From Candidatus Omnitrophota bacterium (GTDB taxonomy: Bacteria; Omnitrophota; Gorgyraeia; Gygaellales; Profunditerraquicolaceae): a stretch of DNA of 64,000 nt. The stretch covers positions 64,417-128,416 of the forward strand of contig JAKPTF010000097.1 of the NCBI GenBank assembly GCA_029571225.1. The letters are read 5' to 3'. The notes under the pieces were generated by a model that worked only from the letters and a program-made list of their open reading frames with translations, ran no database searches and was not told the origin of the DNA. The stretch's first letter is position 1, and every line of letters starts with the position of its first letter. Positions 8,544 through 16,498 of this stretch are shown one piece after another. The translations under genes and the position numbers were made by a program.

Positions 8544-11371
8544 TCACATACAGTTTGTCGGATGACCTTATCGAGAACCTGGCCGATCTTTTGGTAGCCG
8601 AATATCTTTCCATGGAAGAGGATATCAGCAGGCTCGCGTTCGTGTTCGGCGGCAAGCGGCCCGGCCTGTTCCTGAAGAGAGCGCTTGCCGGGCGGATGAC
8701 CCGCGGGTTTTTCCCTCCGGTTTGTTTCTCTATGGACGAATATGTCGATCATGTGCTTGCAGGTTCGGCCCGCGTCGGCCGTATCAACGATCTTGAGGCG
8801 TGTTTTTTGATGTACCGGCTCGTGAAAAAACATACGCCCGAAATTTTGAAGCGCAGAGAAAATTTTGCCGAGTTCCTGCCGTGGGCGCGGGAGATCATCT
8901 CATTTATCGACCAATTGGACCTGGAGGATGTCGACGCCGGATCGGTCAGAAACATCCAGCTTAACGCGCAGATCGGTTATGACGTTCCCGCGGATATCAA
9001 CATGCTTTTAGAGCATATCCTGCTTTTGCGCCAGGAGTATCACAATCGGCTGAATGAGCTGGGGCTTGTGTCCCGCGGGCTGGCTTATCTCTCGGCGAGC
9101 CGCGTGAAACAAAAAGGCCCTGCCGGATTTGAGAGGATTTTTTTCTGCAACCTTTTCTATCTGCACAGGACCGAGGAGCGCCTTATTCAGAACGCATGCG
9201 AAGGCGGCAGGGCAGTCCTCGTTTTCCAGGGGGGCAGGGAATGGCCGGTTCTTGACGCGCTTGCCTCGCGCACAGGCTGGAATATAGGACGCAGCGATGT
9301 CAGCGGCCGTGGCTACGAACTTTCGATCAGGGCAGGGTTCGATCTTCATTCGCAGGTCTGCGTGGTCCGGGATATCCTGCGCGTCCCCGGAAGGGCGGAG
9401 TCTTCAGTCGTGGTTTTGCCTGACTCAAACAGCCTGATACCGCTTGTATCTGAGATCTCCGGCGTCTGCCAGGATTTCAACGTTTCACTGGGATATCCGC
9501 TCAAGCGTTCGCCCGTATATTCGCTGTTCGAATGCATCTTGCGGTCCCAGCAAACCAGAAGGAACGGCCAGTATTACGCGCGTGATTACCTGCGGACATT
9601 GAGCCATCCGCTTGCCAAGAATCTCCGGTATGTCAATAACGATCCCTCGGTTACCAGAATACTGGTCCACACGGTAGAGGAGGTCATCATCGGCATGGAA
9701 CAAACGGATTTCGGCGGCAGCCTCTTTATCGATCCCGGTTCCGTCGCCGCATCGCACGACGTTTATGACCTGGCGCTTGCAAAAATGAAGCACATGGATG
9801 TCCGGGTGAGCAGGAAGGAATTGGAGGACCTGCTTGCCGCAGTTCATGAGCTACTGTTTTCTTCCTGGGAAAAGACCGCGTCGTTAGCCGGCTTCGCGGC
9901 TGCCCTCCAGCTATGCCTGCATGCGCTTCTTGAGAAAAGTTCCATCGGACATTATCCCCTCAACCTGAAGATAGTCGAGCGCATCATGTCGATCGCCGAA
10001 GAGTTCGCGGACGCGACGTTCGGCTCCGAGCCGTTCGCGCAGGAGGATCTCTTCAAGGTGTTCCGAAACCGGCTGGAAACTGAGATGGTGAATTTCTTAG
10101 GGTCTCCGCTCAAAGGCCTGCAGATTCTCGGCCTGCTTGAGACCAGGTCGTTAAATTTCAAGAACGTGATCATCATGGATGCTAACGAGAACAAGCTCCC
10201 TGCGCTCAAGATCGCCCAGCCCTTGATCCCGCGCGAAATAATGGTCAGGCTCGGCCTTGACCAGCTGGAACAGGAAGAAGAGATACAGCGTTACCAGTTC
10301 AGGCGGCTGATCTCTTCAGCCGAACGGGTGTACTTGGTGTACCAGCAGGACAACCGCAGCGAGCGAAGCAGGTTCATCGAAGAGATCATCTGGGAACGTG
10401 AAAAGGCCGAGAGGAAGCTCGATATCGTCGGTGTTTCTCAGGCCAGGTTCAGGATCGACATGCAGCCGCGCAGGGTGTCGATCAGGAAGAAACCCCATGA
10501 ACTGGAGTTCCTGCGTTCCATGACATACTCGGCCTCGGGGGTCAATGCGTATCTTGCATGCCCTCTGCAGTTCTACTACCGCTATGTCCTTGGCCTCGAG
10601 GAAAAAGACGACCTCCTCGAAATCCCTGAGGCGGCGGATATCGGAACTTTTATTCATGAACTTCTCGAAACAACGTACGCGCGGTTCCTCAACAAGCGTC
10701 CGGTAATTGACGGAGCGTTCGAGCAATATTTCTTTCAGGAAATGGACGAGCGGTTCCGCAGGAAACTCCAGAGGCGCATGCGCTCTGATTCATTCCTGCT
10801 CAAGGAAGTCCTGGACCTGCGCATGAAGGAGTTCCTGGAGTTCGAGCGCACAAGGCCCGTTGTCCAGGTGCTGGGGCTGGAACGGGCGATGAAGGGCAAT
10901 ATCCGTTTCGGCAATGGCAGGGAGTTCTCATTCCAGGCGAGGATCGACCGCATCGACCGTTTTGCCGATGGAACTGTTGCGGTGACTGACTATAAGACAG
11001 GCGATGTCAAACATCTTGTGCCCAGGCGCGGGGCACGTATGGACCCGGCCCTTTTTGAGCGCAAATGGATCAGGGACAATGTCAAATCGTTCCAGCTGCC
11101 GCTGTACCTCTATTTCCTCGATACGCATTACGGCAGGGAACGAACCAATGCATGCCTTTACAATATCCGCGAGGCAGGGGCACGGGATTGTTTGACCTTT
11201 TTGCTCGGTACCGAAGATGATGTTAAAAACAAGGATTCGGTCATGGCCGGATACATGGCTGCGCTCGGGTTCATCCTTGAAGAAATCAACGACCCCGAAA
11301 GAAATTTCGAACCGGACGATTCTGACGAGCACACATGCGGCTATTGCCCGTTCGGGGCGCTGTGCAAATGA
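8531..11371 (+). CDS. AddB-type PD-(D/E)XK nuclease subunit
   Basis: The ATG at 8531 overlaps the upstream stop (ATGCAGCGGGTGA). C-terminal nuclease motif (RIDRIDRF..VAVTDYKTG). An upstream Cys (YLACPLQFYY) plus CGYCPFGALC fits the AddB Fe-S cluster pattern. The P-loop is degenerate (FGGKRPG). Confidence 0.75.
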   Translation: MQRVITYSLSDDLIENLADLLVAEYLSMEEDISRLAFVFGGKRPGLFLKRALAGRMTRGFFPPVCFSMDEYVDHVLAGSARVGRINDLEACFLMYRLVKKHTPEILKRRENFAEFLPWAREIISFIDQLDLEDVDAGSVRNIQLNAQIGYDVPADINMLLEHILLLRQEYHNRLNELGLVSRGLAYLSASRVKQKGPAGFERIFFCNLFYLHRTEERLIQNACEGGRAVLVFQGGREWPVLDALASRTGWNIGRSDVSGRGYELSIRAGFDLHSQVCVVRDILRVPGRAESSVVVLPDSNSLIPLVSEISGVCQDFNVSLGYPLKRSPVYSLFECILRSQQTRRNGQYYARDYLRTLSHPLAKNLRYVNNDPSVTRILVHTVEEVIIGMEQTDFGGSLFIDPGSVAASHDVYDLALAKMKHMDVRVSRKELEDLLAAVHELLFSSWEKTASLAGFAAALQLCLHALLEKSSIGHYPLNLKIVERIMSIAEEFADATFGSEPFAQEDLFKVFRNRLETEMVNFLGSPLKGLQILGLLETRSLNFKNVIIMDANENKLPALKIAQPLIPREIMVRLGLDQLEQEEEIQRYQFRRLISSAERVYLVYQQDNRSERSRFIEEIIWEREKAERKLDIVGVSQARFRIDMQPRRVSIRKKPHELEFLRSMTYSASGVNAYLACPLQFYYRYVLGLEEKDDLLEIPEAADIGTFIHELLETTYARFLNKRPVIDGAFEQYFFQEMDERFRRKLQRRMRSDSFLLKEVLDLRMKEFLEFERTRPVVQVLGLERAMKGNIRFGNGREFSFQARIDRIDRFADGTVAVTDYKTGDVKHLVPRRGARMDPALFERKWIRDNVKSFQLPLYLYFLDTHYGRERTNACLYNIREAGARDCLTFLLGTEDDVKNKDSVMAGYMAALGFILEEINDPERNFEPDDSDEHTCGYCPFGALCK

Positions 11372-12258
11372 ATATGACAATACCGGCATATCCAGTATTC
11401 AGGCCGATCGAACTTGACGATAAAGAGGCGTTCGATGCGGCTTTTGCGGCTTCGCCTCCGGAAAATTCCGAATATACGTTCACCAATCTTTATTCCTGGC
11501 GCGTTCAGCACGGATTTCATGTCAGCCGGATGGATGACCTTCTGATCTTGGCCTCGGAGCAGGATGGGAGTAGGGAATATTATCCCCCGATAGGCGCGGG
11601 CGACGTGAGAGCGGCGATCCGGCGGATCCTTGCAGAAACACGCGGCAGATTCGTCCGTGTGCCTGAGAATATGGTGTCTGCCTCCGGGCTGGGTCAGTCC
11701 GTCAAGGCAGTGGAAGACAGGGATAATGCCGATTATGTGTTCCTTGCAAGGGATCTTATCGAGTTAAAGGGCCGAAGATACGACGCGAAAAGGAACTTTA
11801 TCAAAAATTTCAAGTCGTCATACCAGTACGAATATATCCAGGTTAAAACGGACGATGTCAGACGGGTGCTGCAGTTCCAGGATGTCTGGTGCGTTGAGAG
11901 GGGCTGCGGCCAGAGCGCGAGCCTCCAGGATGAGGCCGATGCTGTCAGGATCATGCTGTCTCATATCGGGCGATTCCCCATCAAAACAGGGGCGCTTGCC
12001 GTCGAAGGCAAAATCTGCGCCGTTTGCATCGCAGAAGCGCTCAATCCCCAGACCCTGGTTATACACGCGCTCAAAGGAGCGCACCTCATGACCGGTATTT
12101 ACCCGGTTATATTCAATGAGTTTCTTATTCGCGAAGCTGCAACCTTCCGCTATATTAACATGGAGCAGGACCTCGGTATTCCGGGATTGCGAAAATCCAA
12201 GGAATCGTATCATCCCGTGCGCCTGGTCAGAAAATTCTCTTTGAGTTTAAACGTTTAA
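11368..12258 (+). CDS. DUF2156-like protein (lysyl-phosphatidylglycerol synthase C-terminal domain family)
   Basis: The ATG at 11368 overlaps the upstream TGA. The N-terminal FTNLYSWR motif and overall size match DUF2156 proteins. Confidence 0.6.
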   Translation: MNMTIPAYPVFRPIELDDKEAFDAAFAASPPENSEYTFTNLYSWRVQHGFHVSRMDDLLILASEQDGSREYYPPIGAGDVRAAIRRILAETRGRFVRVPENMVSASGLGQSVKAVEDRDNADYVFLARDLIELKGRRYDAKRNFIKNFKSSYQYEYIQVKTDDVRRVLQFQDVWCVERGCGQSASLQDEADAVRIMLSHIGRFPIKTGALAVEGKICAVCIAEALNPQTLVIHALKGAHLMTGIYPVIFNEFLIREAATFRYINMEQDLGIPGLRKSKESYHPVRLVRKFSLSLNV

Positions 12259-12303
12259 GCAGTAGAATAAACCTGCCGGGACATGCAAACAAGGAGGGCG
12301 GAA

Positions 12304-12687
12304 ATGGCGGATATGCTCAAAAAGATCCTTATCATCGATGACGAGGCCGACATATGCAATTTTTCAAAGCGCATCCTTGAACGGACGGGGAAATTTGAGG
12401 CATTTACCACGCAGGATTCTCAGGACGGTCTTTCAATTGCCAGGGATAAGAGGCCTGACCTGATCCTGCTCGATATCAACATGCCGAAGCTTGATGGCGG
12501 CGAGGTTGCCCAGGCCTTGTCCGAATCGACCTTGACCAGCGGCATCCCGATCGTTTTCATCACCGCTCTAATGAAAAAGGAAGAACTTGACCAGGAGGGG
12601 AGAGTCAACAAGCATTTTTTTCTTCCGAAACCGATTTCTCCGGATGAGCTTGTCACCAAGGTCGAGCAGATTCTGAGAATGAAATAA
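12304..12687 (+). CDS. stand-alone response-regulator receiver domain protein
   Basis: AAGGAGG lies upstream of the ATG at 12304. CheY-like pattern: IIDDE, the phospho-acceptor context LILLDINMP, ITAL, and KP near the C-terminus. No output domain. Confidence 0.8.
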   Translation: MADMLKKILIIDDEADICNFSKRILERTGKFEAFTTQDSQDGLSIARDKRPDLILLDINMPKLDGGEVAQALSESTLTSGIPIVFITALMKKEELDQEGRVNKHFFLPKPISPDELVTKVEQILRMK

Positions 12688-12719
12688 CCGCTATTGCATA
12701 TAACAGAAGGAGTTTGAAA

Positions 12720-13298
12720 ATGGCAAAATCGCTTAAAGGCACACGGACAGAAAAGAACCTTTTGACCGCTTTCGCGGGTGAATCGCAGGCGCGCAACCGC
12801 TACACTTTTTTCGCGTCCGCGGCGCGCAAGGAGGGTTTTGAGCAAATCGCGAACATATTCATGGAAACCGCCGAAAACGAAAAAGAACACGCCAAGGTGT
12901 TTTTCAAATACCTCGAGGGATCAGAGGCCGAGATCACTGCATCGTATCCAGCAGGCATCATCAAGGACACCAAATCGAACCTCGAGCATGCGGCAGCGGG
13001 AGAAAAGATGGAATGGACCTCGATCTATGCCGATTTCGCAAAGGTCGCGCAAGAAGAGGGATTTGCTGATGTCGCGAATTCTTTCACTCAGATTGCTAAA
13101 GTCGAAAAGTTCCACGAATCGCGGTATCGGAAGCTCGCGGACAATATTGCCAGAGGCGAAGTTTTTAAGAAAAAGGCGGTTACCAAGTGGCATTGCGCTA
13201 ACTGCGGTTATGTGCATGAAGGCACAGAGGCCCCGAAGGAATGCCCTGCATGCAGGCACCCGCAGGCATTCTACGAGGTTCTTGCTGAGAATTTCTAA
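12720..13298 (+). CDS. rbr: rubrerythrin
   Basis: AAGGAG sits 7 nt upstream of the ATG at 12720. Di-iron four-helix motifs (E..ESQARNRY, ENEKEHAK, GEKMEW, EKFHESRY). C-terminal rubredoxin-like CANCGY...CPACRHP. Confidence 0.95.
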   Translation: MAKSLKGTRTEKNLLTAFAGESQARNRYTFFASAARKEGFEQIANIFMETAENEKEHAKVFFKYLEGSEAEITASYPAGIIKDTKSNLEHAAAGEKMEWTSIYADFAKVAQEEGFADVANSFTQIAKVEKFHESRYRKLADNIARGEVFKKKAVTKWHCANCGYVHEGTEAPKECPACRHPQAFYEVLAENF

Positions 13299-13461
13299 CT
13301 TTTTCCTCCTTGTTTTAGAAAAGTATCGGATGATGACGGATTGAATACATATCGCAACACCGCAGCCCGGTACTCGTTAAGATTGAACTTAAAATATCTT
13401 GGTATGAATAATGCTGTGTTTTGAGTGGGTGAATTTTATTTTCCCCAGAAAACAAAGAAAA

Positions 13462-14361
13462 ATGAAAAAAGAGAAGAGCTTTCCGGTTGTATCTCTGGTG
13501 ATCCTTATTGTCTTCGGCCTTTTGTGCTTTATCGGCGGAGCCCTGAGCTCAAATATCCTTAACAAGCGCAAGGTCAACGCCATACAGGCGCGTTTGACCG
13601 AGTGTGAGAACAAATTCCTTTCGTTCAGCAGGCAGGTGATAGGCAATATCGAAGCCGCTGTCCGGATATCCGAAGGCGTATCCAATGTCTGGCATGAGTC
13701 CGTCAAGCGCGGAGAAGATTTCAATGGGGCCATGGTTAAGTTCCTTGAGGAGAACAAGGGGCGGATTTCCGATATGAAGCTCAAACACGACCTCATTGAG
13801 ATACAGGTCGCCGAACTGAAAAAATACAAAAAAGAATCCCGGGATACCTTCGATGCGGTCATGGAATTGTACGATGTTTACAAAAAGATGTACGAGCTGG
13901 GCATGAGCCCTGAGGGAACCGTCGAGGGTTTTGACAGCAATCTCAAGAGCCTGGTTGAAGTGTATAGCCATGCGCAGTCGAAGTTGAGCGTTTATATGCC
14001 TGAACTTAAGAAACCGGCCGGACTTGAGCCGGATGTCCCGGCTGTGCAGACGCCTCCGCAATCCCAGGATGCCCCAGCGGCCCAGGCTCCGGTAGTCAGC
14101 GCCGTTCAGCCCTTAACGGCCGGACCCAGCCAGCAACCTGCCCTTACGTACGATCAGAAAATCAAGCGGATTTCTAAAAACATGACTTATCGTCAAGTCG
14201 AAAGCGAGGTCGGCGTACCCCGCGATAAGAAAAAGGATTCCCGCGGCAATGAGGTTTGGTTTTATCCATCGGAAAAGACGGGATTCAGGAACTTGGTATA
14301 TTTCGCCTCGGGCAAGGTCTTGCAGACAAAAAACCTTCCTTTAAACAGCAGCCTCGACTGA
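13462..14361 (+). CDS. membrane-anchored hypothetical protein with a Pro/Gln/Ala-rich linker
   Basis: An ORF with an N-terminal TM helix (VVSLVILIVFGLLCFIGGAL), a coiled-coil region, a PQ-rich linker and a small C-terminal domain. The start is uncertain (13411 or 13462). Confidence 0.45.
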   Translation: MKKEKSFPVVSLVILIVFGLLCFIGGALSSNILNKRKVNAIQARLTECENKFLSFSRQVIGNIEAAVRISEGVSNVWHESVKRGEDFNGAMVKFLEENKGRISDMKLKHDLIEIQVAELKKYKKESRDTFDAVMELYDVYKKMYELGMSPEGTVEGFDSNLKSLVEVYSHAQSKLSVYMPELKKPAGLEPDVPAVQTPPQSQDAPAAQAPVVSAVQPLTAGPSQQPALTYDQKIKRISKNMTYRQVESEVGVPRDKKKDSRGNEVWFYPSEKTGFRNLVYFASGKVLQTKNLPLNSSLD

Positions 14362-14386
14362 TCGCCATACCATCAGCAATTTTGCC

Positions 14387-14414
14387 TTGACTTGGGTTTC
14401 ATTTAATGTAAAAT
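14387..14414 (+). promoter_or_regulatory. candidate tRNA promoter (TTGACT-16 nt-TAAAAT)
   Basis: TTGACT at 14387-14392 and TAAAAT at 14409-14414, about 50 nt upstream of the tRNA. Confidence 0.4.
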
Positions 14415-14464
14415 AAACTCTGCTCAAGTCAGTTTTGAAAATACGTTCTTTGTTTTTGATCGAT

Positions 14465-14540
14465 TCCCCCTTAGCTCAGCCGGTAGAGCGAGTGGCTGTT
14501 AACCACCAGGTCCGAGGTTCGAGTCCTCGAGGGGGAGCCA
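14465..14540 (+). tRNA. tRNA-Asn (anticodon GTT)
   Basis: Cloverleaf folded by hand: acceptor TCCCCCT/AGGGGGA, D arm GCTC-AGCCGGTA-GAGC, anticodon arm AGTGG-CTGTTAA-CCACC, variable loop AGGTC, T arm CGAGG-TTCGAGT-CCTCG, discriminator G, encoded CCA. 76 nt in total. Confidence 0.92.
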
Positions 14541-15951
14541 TCTTGGAAGGAGCCGTATCCCTAGGGATACGGCTTTTTTCTTTTTCTGCCTCAAGTTTCG
14601 CGCGGTTTGCGGCCGCCCGCGCCCGGCCGCAAACCCGAGCATTTTCAAAAGGGGCGGGATTTTTAAAGCTTTGCTTCTCGTCGCTAACTGGTCGGCAAAG
14701 CAGATTTATTTGGATTGTTTCTTTAGAATAGAGAATGTCTTTAATGTATTTCTGCATTATCAAGCCCTGCTCAATTTTGCTCGCCTTTTCTAAGTAGTTG
14801 ATCAAGTTTTTTAGCTTCTCTTGAACGCTTTCCGGGTCTATTTCAGAGCATTCTTTAGTTAGTTCGAGTCCTTTTCGGACGCGCGAGCTTTCGACATTGA
14901 TCTTGAAGATTAAACTATCTATATAACTGCTATCCTGGGAAATTCGCTTAAGATTATCTACTACAAACCGTTCTAATCTATCCGCGCTCACCTGCCGTGT
15001 TGAACACGCTTGCCAGTCGTGCTTAAATGTTTTCGTACAGCGGTAATAGTAATATCGCTTCATAGATTTCTTGTTAGTATGAGCGGGCGTCATCTTAGAG
15101 CCACACTCCGCGCAATTAACCAAACCACCAAGCATATAATCTTTGTAGAGACGTAATTTTCGCTTCTTGTCGCCGAAAAACTGCTGAACATGATTAAATA
15201 GCTCATCGGATATAAGCGGCTGGTGCAAACCGGAGTAAACCTTACCGCTAAACTTCACTTTGCCTAAGTAAACTTCGTTCTTAAGAATACTCTGCAAATG
15301 CGCTTTGCTGAAAGGTAAGTCTTTATCATCAAAAATATGCTTGCTCTTCAAAGTCTGGTAAGTGTCCGCTAAACATCCTGTCCCGGCAAAAGTCTCAAAA
15401 ATGGTTTTTAATTTTTGAGACTTTTGCCCATCAGGCACCAGCCGTTTATCTCTGGTTATATATCCATAAGGGATATTTCCGCCGTTCCACATACCTTTGT
15501 TGGCCCGTTCAAGCAGCTTGTCGCGGGTTCTTTCGCTGGTTAACTCCCGCTCAAACTGCGCGAAAGTAAGCATGATGTTGCGCAAAAGCCGCCCTGCTGG
15601 CGTAGAGGTGTCAAAGCGTTCTGTGATAGAGATAAAGTCTACCTTATATTGCTCGAAAACTTCCATCAGATAATAGAAATCTTTCGGCGAGCGCGTCAAA
15701 CGATCTATCTTGTAAACCATAACAGTGTTAATTTTGCCTTCTTTAATCTCCCCTAACATCTGCTGAAGTGCAGGACGTTCTAAATTAGCACCGGTAAAGC
15801 CAGCATCACTATACACCTTATAAACAAAAAGATTCTCCTGGCTATTAATGAAAGATTTAATTTTTTCTTCTTGAGCCTGGCAGGAGTTAAATTCTACTTC
15901 GGCTAGGTTATCTGTAGATACCCTAGTATAGATAGCGCATTTAGCTTGCAT
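14476..15951 (-). CDS. large serine recombinase (resolvase/invertase N-domain + recombinase domain + Zn ribbon + coiled coil)
   Basis: N-terminal AIYTRVSTD catalytic-Ser motif, YKIDRLTRS, GRLLRNIMLTFAQFERE, a Zn ribbon (CAECGSKM...YYRC) and a coiled coil. Recognisable recombinase sequence ends near 14710. The ORF continues through the repeat and about 65 nt of the tRNA antisense strand. Confidence 0.9.
   Translation of the reverse strand: MQAKCAIYTRVSTDNLAEVEFNSCQAQEEKIKSFINSQENLFVYKVYSDAGFTGANLERPALQQMLGEIKEGKINTVMVYKIDRLTRSPKDFYYLMEVFEQYKVDFISITERFDTSTPAGRLLRNIMLTFAQFERELTSERTRDKLLERANKGMWNGGNIPYGYITRDKRLVPDGQKSQKLKTIFETFAGTGCLADTYQTLKSKHIFDDKDLPFSKAHLQSILKNEVYLGKVKFSGKVYSGLHQPLISDELFNHVQQFFGDKKRKLRLYKDYMLGGLVNCAECGSKMTPAHTNKKSMKRYYYYRCTKTFKHDWQACSTRQVSADRLERFVVDNLKRISQDSSYIDSLIFKINVESSRVRKGLELTKECSEIDPESVQEKLKNLINYLEKASKIEQGLIMQKYIKDILYSKETIQINLLCRPVSDEKQSFKNPAPFENARVCGRARAAANRAKLEAEKEKSRIPRDTAPSKMAPPRGLEPRTWWLTATRSTG
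14534..14708 (+). repeat. left copy of the 175-bp direct repeat (attL-like)
   Basis: Matches 21324-21498 at 169 of 175 positions. The first ~118 bp are identical and all 6 mismatches lie in the last 57 bp. It begins with the last 7 nt of the tRNA (GAGCCA...). Confidence 0.9.
14551..14590 (+). terminator. rho-independent terminator of the tRNA
   Basis: Perfect 11-bp stem AGCCGTATCCC-TA-GGGATACGGCT (14551-14574) followed by TTTTTTCTTTTTC. Confidence 0.8.
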
Positions 15952-16056
15952 TTTTACCTCCTAGCGTTAAAATATTATCAAAGTACAAGCAAAATAATAA
16001 AAATAATACTAATATTATAATGTTAGCAATATATTGTAAATACGTCAAGGGATTTT

Positions 16057-16251
16057 ATGATTTCGAAGAACATAAAGATTCTGAGGAAGCAGCTTAAATT
16101 GTCACAAGAAGAATTGGCAAAGAAAGCTGGAATTACTTATAGCACTTTAATAAAACTCGAATCTGGAGCCAATCTTAACCCGACTTTAGAAACGGCGAGA
16201 AAGTTAGCTAGGGCCTTAACTGTTTCTATAGATGAATTAGCAAAAGAATAA
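16057..16251 (+). CDS. XRE-family helix-turn-helix protein (64 aa)
   Basis: LRKQLKLSQEELAKKAGITYSTLIKLESG is a classic HTH_3 pattern. The gene is divergent from the recombinase across a 105-bp AT-rich spacer. Confidence 0.85.
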   Translation: MISKNIKILRKQLKLSQEELAKKAGITYSTLIKLESGANLNPTLETARKLARALTVSIDELAKE

Positions 16252-16261
16252 CGAGGCTGAT

Positions 16262-16498
16262 ATGGATAAAAAAGAGATTAAAGCAGTTCACGATGACGAT
16301 TTAGAAACGCTTTTATCTAATCTCAACATTCTCAATGATGTAAAGAGCGGCAAGAAGAAATGCAGATTCTGCGGGTGCGTAATAGACTTAGATAATTTAG
16401 AGGCCATTTTCCCTGACTCAGGAGATATTAAGTTTGTTTGCAGTAATCCAGAATGTTTAAAACAGTTTTATTTATTTCTAGAGAAAGAGAATGTTTAA
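16262..16498 (+). CDS. small Zn-ribbon-like protein (78 aa), unknown function
   Basis: CRFCGC...CSNPEC gives two Cys pairs. GAGG lies upstream of the ATG. The stop TAA abuts the next ATG. Confidence 0.55.
   Translation: MDKKEIKAVHDDDLETLLSNLNILNDVKSGKKKCRFCGCVIDLDNLEAIFPDSGDIKFVCSNPECLKQFYLFLEKENV

Noticed and set aside
12778-13344. A 188-aa alternative-frame ORF overlapping rubrerythrin.
   Set aside because: Rubrerythrin motifs unambiguously identify the other frame. The alternative product is Arg/Ser-rich nonsense.
16027-16036. The perfect 10-bp palindrome CAATATATTG in the recombinase/HTH divergent spacer, as a possible operator.
   Set aside because: AT-only palindromes of this size are expected by chance in a spacer that is more than 80% AT. 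There is no second copy to support it.
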